This document shows, in pieces, positions 48,215 to 60,140 of a stretch of 64,000 nt of DNA. The stretch's first letter is position 1; each line of letters starts with the position of its first letter. The notes below the pieces were generated by a model, which saw only the letters and a program-made list of their open reading frames with translations, was not told the DNA's origin and made no database searches. The stretch spans positions 558,001 to 622,000 of the forward strand of contig OX337228.1 of the NCBI GenBank assembly GCA_946965045.2, in the 5' to 3' direction. The position numbers were made by a program, and so were the translations under genes. Source of the stretch: Epithemia pelagica. Lineage: Eukaryota > Protista > Bacillariophyta.

Positions 48215-50745
48215 ATGGGTACGTAGTTGTCTCTATGGAAGGAAGCCATGATACGATTGTCGTTCTTGTTGTTGTTATTGGTATTTTGGTCCTTGGGGTG
48301 CTCGTCGTTCGTCATCCATCACCATGGGGGAAGGCTTTTTTGGGGGTGGTTCCAACCAATGCGCGCAATGACGTCGACACGTAGGAATGGCCGACCAGAC
48401 CTTGTTGTGGCTTGGCGTTGTTTGTGGTTCTGCCATGTATCTCATCCTGTGTATTCTTTTCCCTCTCTCTATCTCTCTGCCTCGAATCGGAATGAATCCA
48501 ATAAACTGAAAATGAACTCTCTGATACTACGACGATTGTGGTGTTTTTGGACCCAAAAGACTTGATTTCGTCGTTGGGCGCCGCCCTTCAAAAAGTGGTC
48601 GTCTCCTTGACGGCTCCTTCCTCCTCCTCTAACTCTTCTTCTTCTTCGTCGTCATTGGCGTTGAACCCATCCTTGTTGCGATTGGATTCTCCCGTGACGT
48701 GGTGTGTGGGCAGTTTGACGGTCTTGTACGGCATTCGCAAACTCATCAAGTCGTCCTTCAACATGATTGATACGATTTGCAATCGGACCTACATCTACAA
48801 CATTTGTTGGGAAGACCCGGCCGTCGATCACCAAATTCTCAAAATCAACAAGGACGATGTCATTTTTCGCATTTGTTCGGCTGGCGACATTGTCTTGGAC
48901 TATGCCATTGAAGGACCCGCCAAGATTGTCGTCTGCGACATGAACCAACATCAATTGTGGCTCTTTGAACTCAAGATTCGCATGCTCCGCGATCCTCACT
49001 TGACCTACGACGAGTGGTGGGCCATTTGGGGGAGTTCCGACGTGACGGTCGCCATGAAGGTGTGGAAACGCATGCGCCATACCATGTCGAGCGGCGGCCG
49101 CAAATGGTGGGATGGCCGCATTGAACGCGTCTTTCGCAAGGGCTTTGCCACGTCCGGATCGACCGGTTTTGCCGTTCAATACCTCATTCCCTGGCTCATG
49201 TACATGGTCGGCCTCGACATTAAGGAATGGGCCGAATCCGGCTTTTCCCATGCCTACATTAGCGAGAATTACCATGTCATTCAACAAAGTGCCATTTGGT
49301 TCCGACGCTTGTTCCCCGGCATTTTGGCCCCCTTTGCCGGCGTGCCGCCCAATCAGATTGGCCCCGAGTTTTATACCACCGAGTTTTACGAAGGCATTTT
49401 GCGGGAAATCTTTTTGGATCCCGAATTTGGCAGTCACAATTACTTTTACCGATTTTATTACGAAAAGGGCTACAAGGACCAAACCTGCTGTCCCCGCACC
49501 TTGAAACAAGAGTACTTTGATGCCCTGCGCCAAAATGCCGGTTGCTTTGAATGGCATCATGCGACCGTCCAAGAAACCATGGAACGCGTCAAACCGCATT
49601 CCTTTACCAAATTGGTCCTCTTGGATCACATGGATTGGATGCCCAACAATGTCGTTCATGAAGAATGGGTCGCCCTCCAACGCGCCTCGGTCCCCGGCGC
49701 CATGATTTTGTGGCGATCGGCCTTTACCAAAATGGACGACAAGCCCTTTTTCAATTGCCTCGATATTGCCGATTTGAGTCCGCAGTGGTATCCCAAGGAC
49801 CGCGTCAAGACTTATCCCGGAACCTTTTCCTCCTACATGCCCAAGGATCCCTTTCCCTTTGTCGATGAAGAATTGTCGCCCTGTCAACGGGCCAGTTTTG
49901 TCCGAAAAGTCAAGACGACCACCAAGATGATTTTGCATCCCCTGACGGCGGGCAAAATCAATGCGCACGGGGACAAAATGTCGGCCTTTTATGCCGCTCA
50001 AGCCAAGGGATACGATGCCGTGCGCGAAAACATGCTCGTGGGACGACCCGAAATGATGTCGGGTTTTGGACCGATCAAGGAGGGACACACGTGGTTGGAT
50101 GTCGGCGGTGGTACTGGACGCAATGTCCATTATTTGCGGGCCCAATTGGATCTCTTTGAACGCATCATTGTCTTGGATATCTGTCCCGAACTCTTGCAAA
50201 TTGGCCAAGAAAATGCCAAACGGTCCTTTACCGAAGCCCAATGCGACAAGATTCGTTGGGTCTGTCTCGACATTAACGCGCCCAATGTCAAGGAGGTCTT
50301 GGCCAAGGAACTCGTCAACCAAGATACCTGCCGTGGCTTTGATACCATTTCCTTTTCCTATTCCTTGTCTATGATTCCCGAATGGCAAAAGGCCTTGCAG
50401 TCGGCCCAGTCTCTTCTTTCGGTCGACGGTCGCGTCATTGTCTCGGATTTTGACACGTACACGGAAGCAGGCACGAGTGTCAAGGATGTCTTGATTCGGT
50501 CCTGGTACGCCCAAGATGGTGTCCGCATTGAAGCCAAGACGCGTCAGTACATTTCCCAACAAGTCTTTAGCAGCCCCGAGTATACCGTCACCTTGGCACG
50601 ATTCCAACGCAAATTGGCCAAGGTCTGGATTCCCCATTATGTCGCCTGCTGCCGCAAAAATACCGAAACCCTGCCCGGCACGGGATTCCGTCGTCCCTCC
50701 TCCCAAGATTTGACCACAATGACCAATGGACATGCCAAGAAATAA
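48215..50745 (+). CDS. BTA1: Betaine lipid synthase: BtaA-like (DUF3419) domain fused to a C-terminal BtaB-like SAM methyltransferase
   Basis: YIYNICWEDP...ICSAGDIVLDY and LLDHMDWM (BtaA-like), then FYAAQAKGYD...WLDVGGGTG...FSYSLSMIP (BtaB-like). The start is inferred: ATG-G at 48215-18, intron 48219-48559 (GTACGT...AAAG), giving MDLISSLG in frame. The body 48560-50745 is secure. Confidence 0.85.
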
Positions 50746-52244
50746 ACATTCCAGTGGTCACGGTTTTTGCAAACTGGCAAGCAACAGACAGTTCGGCACT
50801 CGTTTCACACACACGTATCATCATCATCATCATCATCATTACCACCAACGCAAGCAGTAACACTACGAAATACTAGGATGCACACTTTTTAAATGTAAAC
50901 CACCCTATACTACGACATGGCACATTGCGCTTTTTGTTCTCTCTCGTTTCGTGTTGGATCGCTTTGGTTTGCCAATCTCTCCTGTCTACTACCTACCTAG
51001 CAACGATACCCCTTCTCGTTTACAGGATGTTTGATGAAATTCTTTCACGGCCGAATCGTGTGGCAACACTGGGAAGCAACACCATTGGAGAATAGCCAAC
51101 GGTTGTCAAATTTAGGATTATTCGTACTCTCTGTTACATCCAAATTGTACCTTAGAACTTGTCAATACATACATGGTAGGAATGGATCATTGTTCGGTAA
51201 CCTGAAAGTGCATCCAAAGGAGGACATTCCCCATTGGGAGAGACACACAACGTATCATAGAGGGACCACCATTGGCATGTGTGTGTGTGTACTGTGGACT
51301 CCCGAAGGATGGACTTGGACTCCACGGAGTGACCTCCAGGATTCTGGAACCACGGTACCCCAATCCCCAACCTGCGTGTACCAACCGTATGCCATGGATT
51401 CGTTTGTTCCAGTCACACCAATGGGGATCGTACCTTGTGTGTGGTTCCTGTATCCTCCGGCCGCCACAATCATTGCATGGATCGTAGGAACCATACAATT
51501 CGTCAGTGCAGAGAATCATCAAGACGAATCGACAATTCCATGTCGTCCATAGAGTCTCGTACTATCGTCTCGGTAGTCCAACGAGAACCAATGAAAGACA
51601 TAAAACTGACGATTCGTATCGACACAGAATACAACCGCAACAGCAGCAACAACAACAACAAGACACGTGTTTGGTACTGTGTATCCCACCCTTCCACTGT
51701 CGTGAATTGGTTCTCGGTTGTAGTACAATGAGAAGCACAAGGAACGACTCTGAATTGTCGATTCGTATCGACACACATACACACTTGGACTTTGCAACAA
51801 CATTCATGCGTTCCTCCATTCCCTTACTTACAATATAGGTAGTATCCCTGCGTGGAACTGAACTTGACGACGACGCTGCAGTATTCCCAGGAGCTCCATG
51901 AATGAGAGGAAGATAGTCTTTACTGTTTTGTACTTCTTTTTACGAATTCAATGCGTACAGCGTAGACGGATGACACCGCGGCGGGTTTTCTCATGGTGGG
52001 TTGTGGAGACGACGTCGACGTGCCACCGACGTCTGACGGACGGTGAAAGAGGTCGCTCTTGAAGTAGACTAAAGGCGACTACATACATTACAGCGACCCG
52101 TAAACGCGACCAAGAGAAGCATGGATCCGTTGGGAATTGGCATCCCCATCAGTTGGAATTTCAAGGAGAGGGACGACGAGGTTGACCATGATGGTGTTTA
52201 GTTTCACAAGCAAAAGAGCATTCTTTCAGCTGTAATACGAGAGT

Positions 52245-54446
52245 ATGAGAAGCATGGGACCATGGTCCCAGAATTCCACTTCGGCCGCCGCAACAACCCT
52301 TCAGAAATCCTCCAGTCGACAAACACGTCGTCGTCGTCCCACAAGTAGAACTACTAGCAGCTGGCCCGTTTGGTTTCTGGCCAGTTCCTTGCTCTTGCTG
52401 GCCAGTTTGAACCTTGTGTTGGTCACACGGATTCCCTACGACTACTACTACGTGGAAGAGCAGGAACTGGATGCCTGGAGTGGACAGGGTCATCGAAAAA
52501 CCTTGATTCGCATGAGCCAGGAGGAGGAAGAGAACAAGGTGTATACAACAAGACAACAAGTACAAAGCCCTTTCGAGGACAACCGCAACGATGTTTGTCA
52601 GGAAAAGTATCATCGAAGGACCTCTCGTGGTCGCATTCCTCTACGGCGCGAGGTGTTGGATCGTTCGCAATTGTACATGGGACATCGGGGTCGATTGGCT
52701 CATGTGATTGACAAGCTGCAACACCATCAACCCATTCAAGTATTGGTCTGTGGAGGATCGATTACCTTGGGACATGGCGTGGCCACGCCTGAAGCAGCAC
52801 GCTATGCCGGTCAATTCGAAACCTGGCTCAAGGACCACTATCCACTGTCATCCTCCTCTCAACAACAACATTCCGTCCTGGTACGAGGTGCCCATGGAGC
52901 CAACACGTGTGCCATGGCGCAACGGTTGCACTTGCTCCTGGACGAGTTGCACCAAACCGTTCCCGATATCATTGTCTTGGAATTTGCCGTGAACGATTAT
53001 CAAGGACAAGATCACAAGGTCTTGGTCGATTCCAAAACGGAAGTGTTTTTTGACGGCTTTGATCGGTTGGCCACCTGTGCCGAAGTCGTCGTGTCGACGT
53101 TGCTGTCCCACTATCCAAAGGCCGCACTTGTATTTTTGGAATTTCAAACGGCTGTCTTGCCGCGCAAAACAGCTCAAGTTTTGCATTGGGGTGTGGCCCA
53201 CCATTATCAAATTCCCGTCCTTTCCTACGCCCAAGCCATCCTGCCCGACTTTGTCCAATTGGCGCAACTCTTGCAACCCTACAATTATTCCCTTCCTACC
53301 GCATCGAATCCCACGAACAGTGCTTTTGCTCACGAATTGCCAGCCTTGTACAAGGCTCTGCCTCCCTTTCCCCATGGCTGTGGTCCCTGTCGAACGGACG
53401 ACATTTCGCTCCAATTTCGTCCCCATGGATGTCGGACCCTGTGCTTTTTTATGGAACCCAAACGAGGAGGATATTGGCAGGGAACCTGTCCCGAACACTT
53501 TGACACCAATGGGAGCATCCACAACAATGATAATGAAAGCAGCACCACATCATCTCAAATGTTGGAGCCCTGTCATGTCCCCTTGTTTGCCCATGATGCT
53601 GTCCATCCTTCGGCCGTGGGACATGCCGTAGCGGCCCAACTCTTGGGCGAATGGATGGCTCGAACGGCCCACCAACTCTGTCGTGGTCAAATCTCCTTGG
53701 AGGATCCTGTACCGGTCGTACCGTCACGGACCTGGATGGGGAGTCGTGAGGAAGATTCGGATACTAATGAGGAAACAGATCGTGTGATGGATTCCTCGTC
53801 CGTGTCCGTGTTGCAAGCCCGTCATCGCTTTGTCTTGGTCAATGATACCATGCCCCTGTTTGCCAATCCGCACCGCTTGGCTGCGGTTCAGCACAGTTCC
53901 GGCTTTGCCTGTCAGGCCGGTCGTCATCCCGCCGATCGAGTGGGATGGATGGCCACCAACCCCAAGGGTAACGAATTTGTCACGTTTGAAATTAACGTGC
54001 CACGGGCCCCCTGTTACGTCATTGTATTGTCCATTTTGCGATCCTACGAAACAGTGGGTTTGTTTTCCATTCAAACAGTCGATCTGGCCACGAATCGGAC
54101 CACGACGACACCCATTACCACGGCCTTGTGGAAGCCCCGTATTTCCATTCCGGCCGAATTTGCCGCCACGACCGACGACGACCGGTATGCGTGTACCGGT
54201 CATTGTCGCATTACCGTACGGACACATCCCCGTCGTCGTCATCGTCATCGTCCTTCCAATCATTCCTCCTCCTCGAACGATCCACCCAAACACTGGTCCA
54301 AGGTCAAAATCATGTCCCTGGCCGTACGGCCCTGTGTCGCCACTACCCATTCCAAAACAAAGAAACGTGCTGGTGGTGATGCTGCTGGTGGTCGTCATCC
54401 TTTCAACGAAACCCCCTCGTTGGGGACCAGTCCAAATATATACTAA
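52245..54446 (+). CDS. Type II membrane SGNH/GDSL-hydrolase-fold protein
   Basis: N-terminal transmembrane segment (WPVWFLASSLLLLASLNLVLV); blocks CGGSITLG, GAHGA, EFAVND and DAVHPSAVGH. Confidence 0.78.
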   Translation: MRSMGPWSQNSTSAAATTLQKSSSRQTRRRRPTSRTTSSWPVWFLASSLLLLASLNLVLVTRIPYDYYYVEEQELDAWSGQGHRKTLIRMSQEEEENKVYTTRQQVQSPFEDNRNDVCQEKYHRRTSRGRIPLRREVLDRSQLYMGHRGRLAHVIDKLQHHQPIQVLVCGGSITLGHGVATPEAARYAGQFETWLKDHYPLSSSSQQQHSVLVRGAHGANTCAMAQRLHLLLDELHQTVPDIIVLEFAVNDYQGQDHKVLVDSKTEVFFDGFDRLATCAEVVVSTLLSHYPKAALVFLEFQTAVLPRKTAQVLHWGVAHHYQIPVLSYAQAILPDFVQLAQLLQPYNYSLPTASNPTNSAFAHELPALYKALPPFPHGCGPCRTDDISLQFRPHGCRTLCFFMEPKRGGYWQGTCPEHFDTNGSIHNNDNESSTTSSQMLEPCHVPLFAHDAVHPSAVGHAVAAQLLGEWMARTAHQLCRGQISLEDPVPVVPSRTWMGSREEDSDTNEETDRVMDSSSVSVLQARHRFVLVNDTMPLFANPHRLAAVQHSSGFACQAGRHPADRVGWMATNPKGNEFVTFEINVPRAPCYVIVLSILRSYETVGLFSIQTVDLATNRTTTTPITTALWKPRISIPAEFAATTDDDRYACTGHCRITVRTHPRRRHRHRPSNHSSSSNDPPKHWSKVKIMSLAVRPCVATTHSKTKKRAGGDAAGGRHPFNETPSLGTSPNIY

Positions 54447-54921
54447 GATAGAGAGGAGAAGACTTATGGTACGACGATCCGCTTTCTGGCTGCTTCTACT
54501 GCTAGAGACTGATCCATTCACAGCGAATGTATGAACGAGAGTGTAGAGTCATGGTTCCCCCAACGTGTACTTATCGAATCTGCGCTCACTGTTGGTCCGA
54601 CTTTGAAATCGCAATGGACTACAAGAACGATTCTGCGTCCAAGACAAACAACACCTAACAACAAGATTCTGTTCTGGAAACCTGCCAACACAAAAGATCC
54701 GTCTGTGACACGGAGCTTTTGTTCTTATGCTGCGACATGAAATCCATCGACGAGAACCATTCAATGAACCATCTTTCACTGTCTACAAAAGATGCAATGG
54801 TGTCTCGTGGTTGAGTTGCCTGCAGTACAGTATGGTGTGGGTGCTATGATGTGTGATCTCTGCGAATAAAACTGATAACTATATGGATTGGACATGAAAC
54901 AAGTAGCTCCATGAGCATATC

Positions 54922-55845
54922 TTACACGGGAATTTCAGGGCAGCTACAATCGCAAAGATTGTCAGTACCAATGTCCTGTATATTGCAGGTGATGGAATGA
55001 TGAGCAAAGTCAGTAAAGCCGGAGAACGTGGACGCACCATCAAAATCTTTTCCATTGTTGCAAAAGGTATAGTCCTGAATTGACAAAGGGCCGTTTGTTG
55101 CCAAAAAGTTCATCCCATCGCGCTGATTGCCATTGGCTGTAACGTCAACAAAGACTCCATTCACAATACTCTGAAGTTCAAATCCATCGTTCGAGTTGCG
55201 ATTGGCCTCGACAGAAGTCACAACTAGATTGGTCAGTGTGACACCATTGGTTCCAGCCCCATCAAATCCATCCGCTGTATTGTCATTAAATTGAGAATTT
55301 GCCACTGTCACATCGACAAGACTGCTGCGCACATCAAGACCATCCCGTGTGTTATCGTGCGAGTGGACCTTCATAAGGTTGATATTTTCGAAAGAGGCGG
55401 CAGCATTTTTACCCAAGTGGATTCCGTCGTGAAATCCGGAAACATCGCAGTTTTTCAGAAAAACGTTATCAGCAGCCACACGGATTCCCACTGTATTGAT
55501 AGCTTAACTGTCGACGGTTTTTTGAATATTAAAGTCCTTGCAATCCAAGGTCATTCCTGGCGCAGTAATAGTAATGGCAACGCCTTTGTTCTGTAAGCTG
55601 TCACAGGTCATGTTGCCTCCCAACACCACGAATTTGTCCTCATAGCCGCTACCCAACTCAATCCCACAGTGACTGCTGTCGAGGACATTGACTGATGCAT
55701 CGGCGGTACACGATTCCAACAGCCCGCGTCCTTTAGTGTCTGTGCCTTTGGAAAAAGATGAGTAGGACGATCCCTTGAGGAAGGCGTTCGTACCCTGGTA
55801 CATCAAAGCACACAGGAGCCAAGATAGAGCGTTCATGGGAAGCAT
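54922..55845 (-). pseudogene. Secreted right-handed beta-helix protein with one in-frame stop
   Basis: ORFs 55845-55504 and 55491-54922 are in the same frame, separated only by TAA (55506-55504). Signal peptide, TLDCK motif, N-rich parallel beta-helix repeats and a C-terminal CDCSCP. Confidence 0.75.
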
Positions 55846-56422
55846 TGTTTTGGTTGGTTTTCTTGTTGATGGAATCTGTACTTTGTGAGACTATTCATTG
55901 CATCCCAGATCCCAGACGATTTCTTTTCCTTGGAGATCTTGCCGTAAGAGATAATATCTGGGAGACCTGCTACTGCTATCCGTAACATTTTGCCGATGCA
56001 TGATGGATTGCGGCCGATTTTAGAAATCCTGCAGCATGGCCTGCTCGCTTGCAGCAAAGAAAGCCAGCCGAACACTCCCAATACTTGGGATGCTCTCTCG
56101 TTGCCACAACCTTTATACATTCGTTCCAAGACATAGCGTGTTAGATGGAGCTAGTGGCAATGGTAGGATGAATACTCCTAGTGGCTATTAAAAGTTGGTA
56201 AGAATGGTTGTCAACTTCCAAGACCACTTGACAGCCACTGAAACTATGCTCCAAATGACTATTCGGAAGACGCCATTGGATGTACGTGTTTTATTCGTCG
56301 CCTATATTGGTTCAAGTTGCCCTTGTTTCACCAGAGCAGCATTCCAAATTGCGAGAATACTAATAATAAACGCGAGTCTCAGTTTAGTACTCCTAGAAAT
56401 AATGAAGTTCTGGGTCTTTGGA

Positions 56423-57336
56423 TCATACTGGACATTGGCAGTCACAAATGCCGCGGTCTTGATCGATCGTACATGTAGTAAAGCTTGGTGAACAACGGTT
56501 CCCTCCAACACTCCAATGTCCACAGCACCACCTCCACCGTTGCGACAGAACTTGGAATCCTGAATGACGAGATCTGTACTTTCACCGCTAGTTTCTATAC
56601 CAGAACGACCGTTCTCGTTGGCCTCGACACTCAATAGTTTCCCCCTAACAGGAAAGTTGAAAGCAAATCCAAACTTTCCATTGTTGTTTGCAGTGACTGC
56701 TGAAAGAGCGAGGTCGGATAGAACCTGCCCGGAACGGAAAAAAAAGCCACTGAAACCATTATTGTCAAACTTTGAATCAAGAACAGTAACATCCGTCATC
56801 GAGTCAGTCACCATGAGGCCATTACGTATGTTGTCGTGGGACACTACATTCTGCAAAACAACGTTCTGGGAGGACTTCATTTCGATTCCCTGTTCAAAAA
56901 GGGAAATATCGCAATTTCGGACAATAATGTTGTTGCCTTGTCGGATAGAAATCCCTTTCCCCGACTCTCCACGATTAATAATCTTGTGGCCCTTGCAGTC
57001 CAATGTGATTCGAGAAGCAGTAATTGGAATCGCAGACACAACCGGGGACCCAAGAGTGCAAAACATATCTTCTTGAAGGATGACTAAAGAGTCATCATCG
57101 CCATTGGCGCTCCTCCTTTCAATGTTGCAGTCGTTGCTTCCTATGACTTTGATGTTAGTGTCGTTCTCACAGGAAAGGACTTGATCGGGTGATTTTTCTT
57201 GCTTTTCCATCATGAGTTTACGAGTTCGTGTTTTATCGCTTGGTTTGGTACTGCTAGATCCTTTCAAGAGGCCACTGGTAACAGACCAAGACAAAGCAAA
57301 AATGATGGTAGAGGTAAGGTAGTTGAGCTTGACCAT
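56423..57336 (-). pseudogene. Paralogous secreted beta-helix protein with a late frameshift
   Basis: ATG 57336 (MVKLNYLTSTIIFALSWSVTS), TLDCKG and beta-helix repeats. A 1-nt shift near 56481 restores TTCTIDQDRGICDCQCPV* (TGA 56425-56423), matching the paralog's ITC...LCDCSCPEIPV*. Confidence 0.72.
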
Positions 57337-58049
57337 GGCGAGTGTTGATTTTTGGTTTTGGGGGTAGACTGTAATTGTGTGAGTGCAACGAGACCAAAGT
57401 TTTGGAACTTCGACAGGACAAGTTTTGACGCGATCCGTAACATAATGCTTCATTTTATGAGAGCGTTTTGTTTCGTGTTTCCGGGACGGCTCGCCTTGCT
57501 CGCATGGCATTTAGCATTTACTGGAAGTGCACACCCACAAAAAGTTTTGGGGTCTCACATCGGAATCTTCCCCCCATTTACCTACGGTAGATCGATTTGT
57601 CGTGTTGTGGGACTTTGCCATAGTTGGCACCAGATATCTTTTGCCGCTATTGTTCCTGCTCGTCGACTCTGTACATGCTCGAATGGCGCATGTTATTACG
57701 ACATGGACGCATCCCCGTCATCGTTCCAACAATCCAGCCGATAATTGTTGTGTCCTTACCCTATCCAAAGAGACAGTCTGTGTAGGCCAACACAAAAGTA
57801 CCCACCAGAAAGGAGACTTGTTTTTGCACTACGAACAGCCACGTTGGGAAACAATCCATATGCCTACTACAGAGAAGAAGACTGTTGTTGCACCACGGAT
57901 CTGCCGCCTTTTGTTCGAGACACCACCCATCTACCAAACGGAAGGAATGGACGAGTACGGAGAGCCAAACACTTCTTCTTTCCTTCTTTCTCCTTCTCTC
58001 GTTCTTTCTAGAATCGCAAGGATCTCTATGTAGGAACTTGTTTTTCTTT

Positions 58050-59849
58050 TTATTTCACATCGTCTAGAAAAAAGGGCATGTCCTCGGGAACTCGTTGAAT
58101 GTCCTCGTGCGGAATTTTGGCCACCAGTTGAACCGATTCGTGCGCCAATCGAGCCGTATGTCGGACAAAGTGTCGATATCGTTCGTGTTCGGCAGCCGAG
58201 TTCCAAAAAAAGTCGACCGGTGGCTGGATTCCCGGTTGGACAAAGTCTCGTTGAAAGCGGTGTAAAAAATGCATCATTTCACTCATCCACGCCTCGTCGC
58301 GGGGCATGCGCAACAAGACGGCGCCCTGTGTGGCCGTTTGTCGGACCATGAGGGCCGATTGACACGTGGGTCCCACACACTGCATTTCCAATTGCAATTG
58401 GGACACGTATTGGGCCGGAATGGTAGTATCCGCCGGTCGATCTCCAATGGAAAAGGCCTTGACTCGTCCCGCTCGACGTTTCCGTCCCTTGTTGGAGAAA
58501 AAGGGACAATGATTCTTGACTTCGACAACTTCCAATACGGTTTCGTGAGTGGTGGGATTGGTATACCGCAATATTCCATCCGGTGTTGCTCCAATCAAGA
58601 GTCCACTCGTCATTGTGGTGGTTTGATTGCAGGCCAATCCGGCACCGCGCAACCCTGATTCTTCCAGCACCACATGGGGGTCGACGTGGTGGGCAAAGTA
58701 ATTCAAGGCGGTCAACAAGGCCGTGGCTTCTTGGGTATTGCCCCATATCAAGCGGAGGGATTTGGCCAAGTATTCCCCGCCCGATCGTTCTTGAATGTAT
58801 CGTTTGCGACGACGCAATTCACGAGTCGGTGGCAGGAAGTGATAGTCGGCAAGAAACCGCCTCCGGGACGAATCGTGGTCGTCCTGGTTACCGTCCTTGT
58901 CGCGTGATACCCAAAGAGTGCCGTTGTTGTTGTTGTTGCTACTGGGTTCCATATCACTCATCGAGGAACCATCACTGTTGCTTCCTGACGGTTTTGGTTC
59001 CAGCAACGTTTGTTGAAATTCCGACAAGGTTCGCAAGACAGGCGTTTGTCGAAGACGCTGATAGGCCTTGAGACCCCCACCCGTTCCGGTTTGTCCATTG
59101 CGTCGCCACGACGGTGGAATGCCCAATTGTTGGCCTGCCGTGGGTTCCAACAATCCCAAGGCGGCGGCCGCTTGACTGGTCGTACAGCGTCCCGCATGCA
59201 AGGCTTGCCATTGCCACGAGTCTTGTCGAAACTGAGCCACGTCCTCCAACGTGTCGAGACGGGTCACGTGCAAGGGCAAGGCCTGAACGTGGGGATGATG
59301 TCGCAAATGGTCCATGGAAATGGCCCTGTGCCAGGGATCGGGCAAATTGCCAGTCGTCCCGAAGGAACGTCGTTGCGGTGGTGGTGATATCGATGATTGT
59401 CGTGCTGTAGATGGGACCGTTGGGTCGGTCGTATTGGCGGTTGAATTCAAAGGATTCTGAGTTTTGGGAGGCTTTTTGCGCTTTTTGGGAGGTCGTTTAC
59501 CCTTTTGTCTCGACCGTCTTGGTGGTGGTGGTGGTCGTCGTTCTTCGTTCTGGTTGGATGCTTCAAGGGATTGTTCGTTGTTGGGTTCGATCAAAGAAGA
59601 AGTTGTGACGGCTGTCAACCGTGTTTTCGGTTGTGATGACGTGACAATAATTTGGGAAGGAATTAACCCAGCATGATGAAACCATGAGGAGGGGGCCGAT
59701 GGCCCGGTACCACGTTTCGAATCCATTTTTTGAAGAATGCGAGACCAAGAAACGAGGGCCGAGTCGACCACGACCAGCAGCAACAGAACCAACAACACTT
59801 GAGTGGCCCAACCAACGACGGTGGTGGAGGATGGTGCCAACGTCCCCAT
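58050..59849 (-). CDS. YqaJ/lambda-exonuclease-like PD-(D/E)xK nuclease with an N-terminal targeting-like leader
   Basis: Motifs W..LHAGRCTTS, WGNTQE, IGATPDG, VEVKNHCPF and YVSQLQLEM in the order seen in YqaJ-type alkaline exonucleases. First ATG at 59849, followed by a hydrophobic stretch (QVLLVLLLLVVVDSA). Confidence 0.85.
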   Translation of the reverse strand: MGTLAPSSTTVVGWATQVLLVLLLLVVVDSALVSWSRILQKMDSKRGTGPSAPSSWFHHAGLIPSQIIVTSSQPKTRLTAVTTSSLIEPNNEQSLEASNQNEERRPPPPPRRSRQKGKRPPKKRKKPPKTQNPLNSTANTTDPTVPSTARQSSISPPPQRRSFGTTGNLPDPWHRAISMDHLRHHPHVQALPLHVTRLDTLEDVAQFRQDSWQWQALHAGRCTTSQAAAALGLLEPTAGQQLGIPPSWRRNGQTGTGGGLKAYQRLRQTPVLRTLSEFQQTLLEPKPSGSNSDGSSMSDMEPSSNNNNNGTLWVSRDKDGNQDDHDSSRRRFLADYHFLPPTRELRRRKRYIQERSGGEYLAKSLRLIWGNTQEATALLTALNYFAHHVDPHVVLEESGLRGAGLACNQTTTMTSGLLIGATPDGILRYTNPTTHETVLEVVEVKNHCPFFSNKGRKRRAGRVKAFSIGDRPADTTIPAQYVSQLQLEMQCVGPTCQSALMVRQTATQGAVLLRMPRDEAWMSEMMHFLHRFQRDFVQPGIQPPVDFFWNSAAEHERYRHFVRHTARLAHESVQLVAKIPHEDIQRVPEDMPFFLDDVK

Positions 59850-60140
59850 GCTCCAATCCAACACCACCGCGACCGCCGCCACCACTCCCACCACGACCAA
59901 GGAGGGAACTACTCCTCGGACGACACGATGAATGATGATTCAGGCTACGCAGACCGCAGAGCAACGACTATCCAGAAAATCTTGTACCAAGGCGAGACAT
60001 AGCACGATGATGCGAGAGAGAGAGAAAGTATGATTCCAAGAAGGATGTACGTGTAATATGTGTGTGGTCAGCAGAGCGGAGGTCATGAGTCATGAGTTTA
60101 GAGGGACCCATATGCGACAGAGAAAATGCTCTCTATTCTA

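Noticed and set aside
50817-50840. (CAT)n microsatellite and similar ACA/CTA runs in UTR and intergenic DNA
   Set aside because: Ordinary simple repeats that are common throughout the window.
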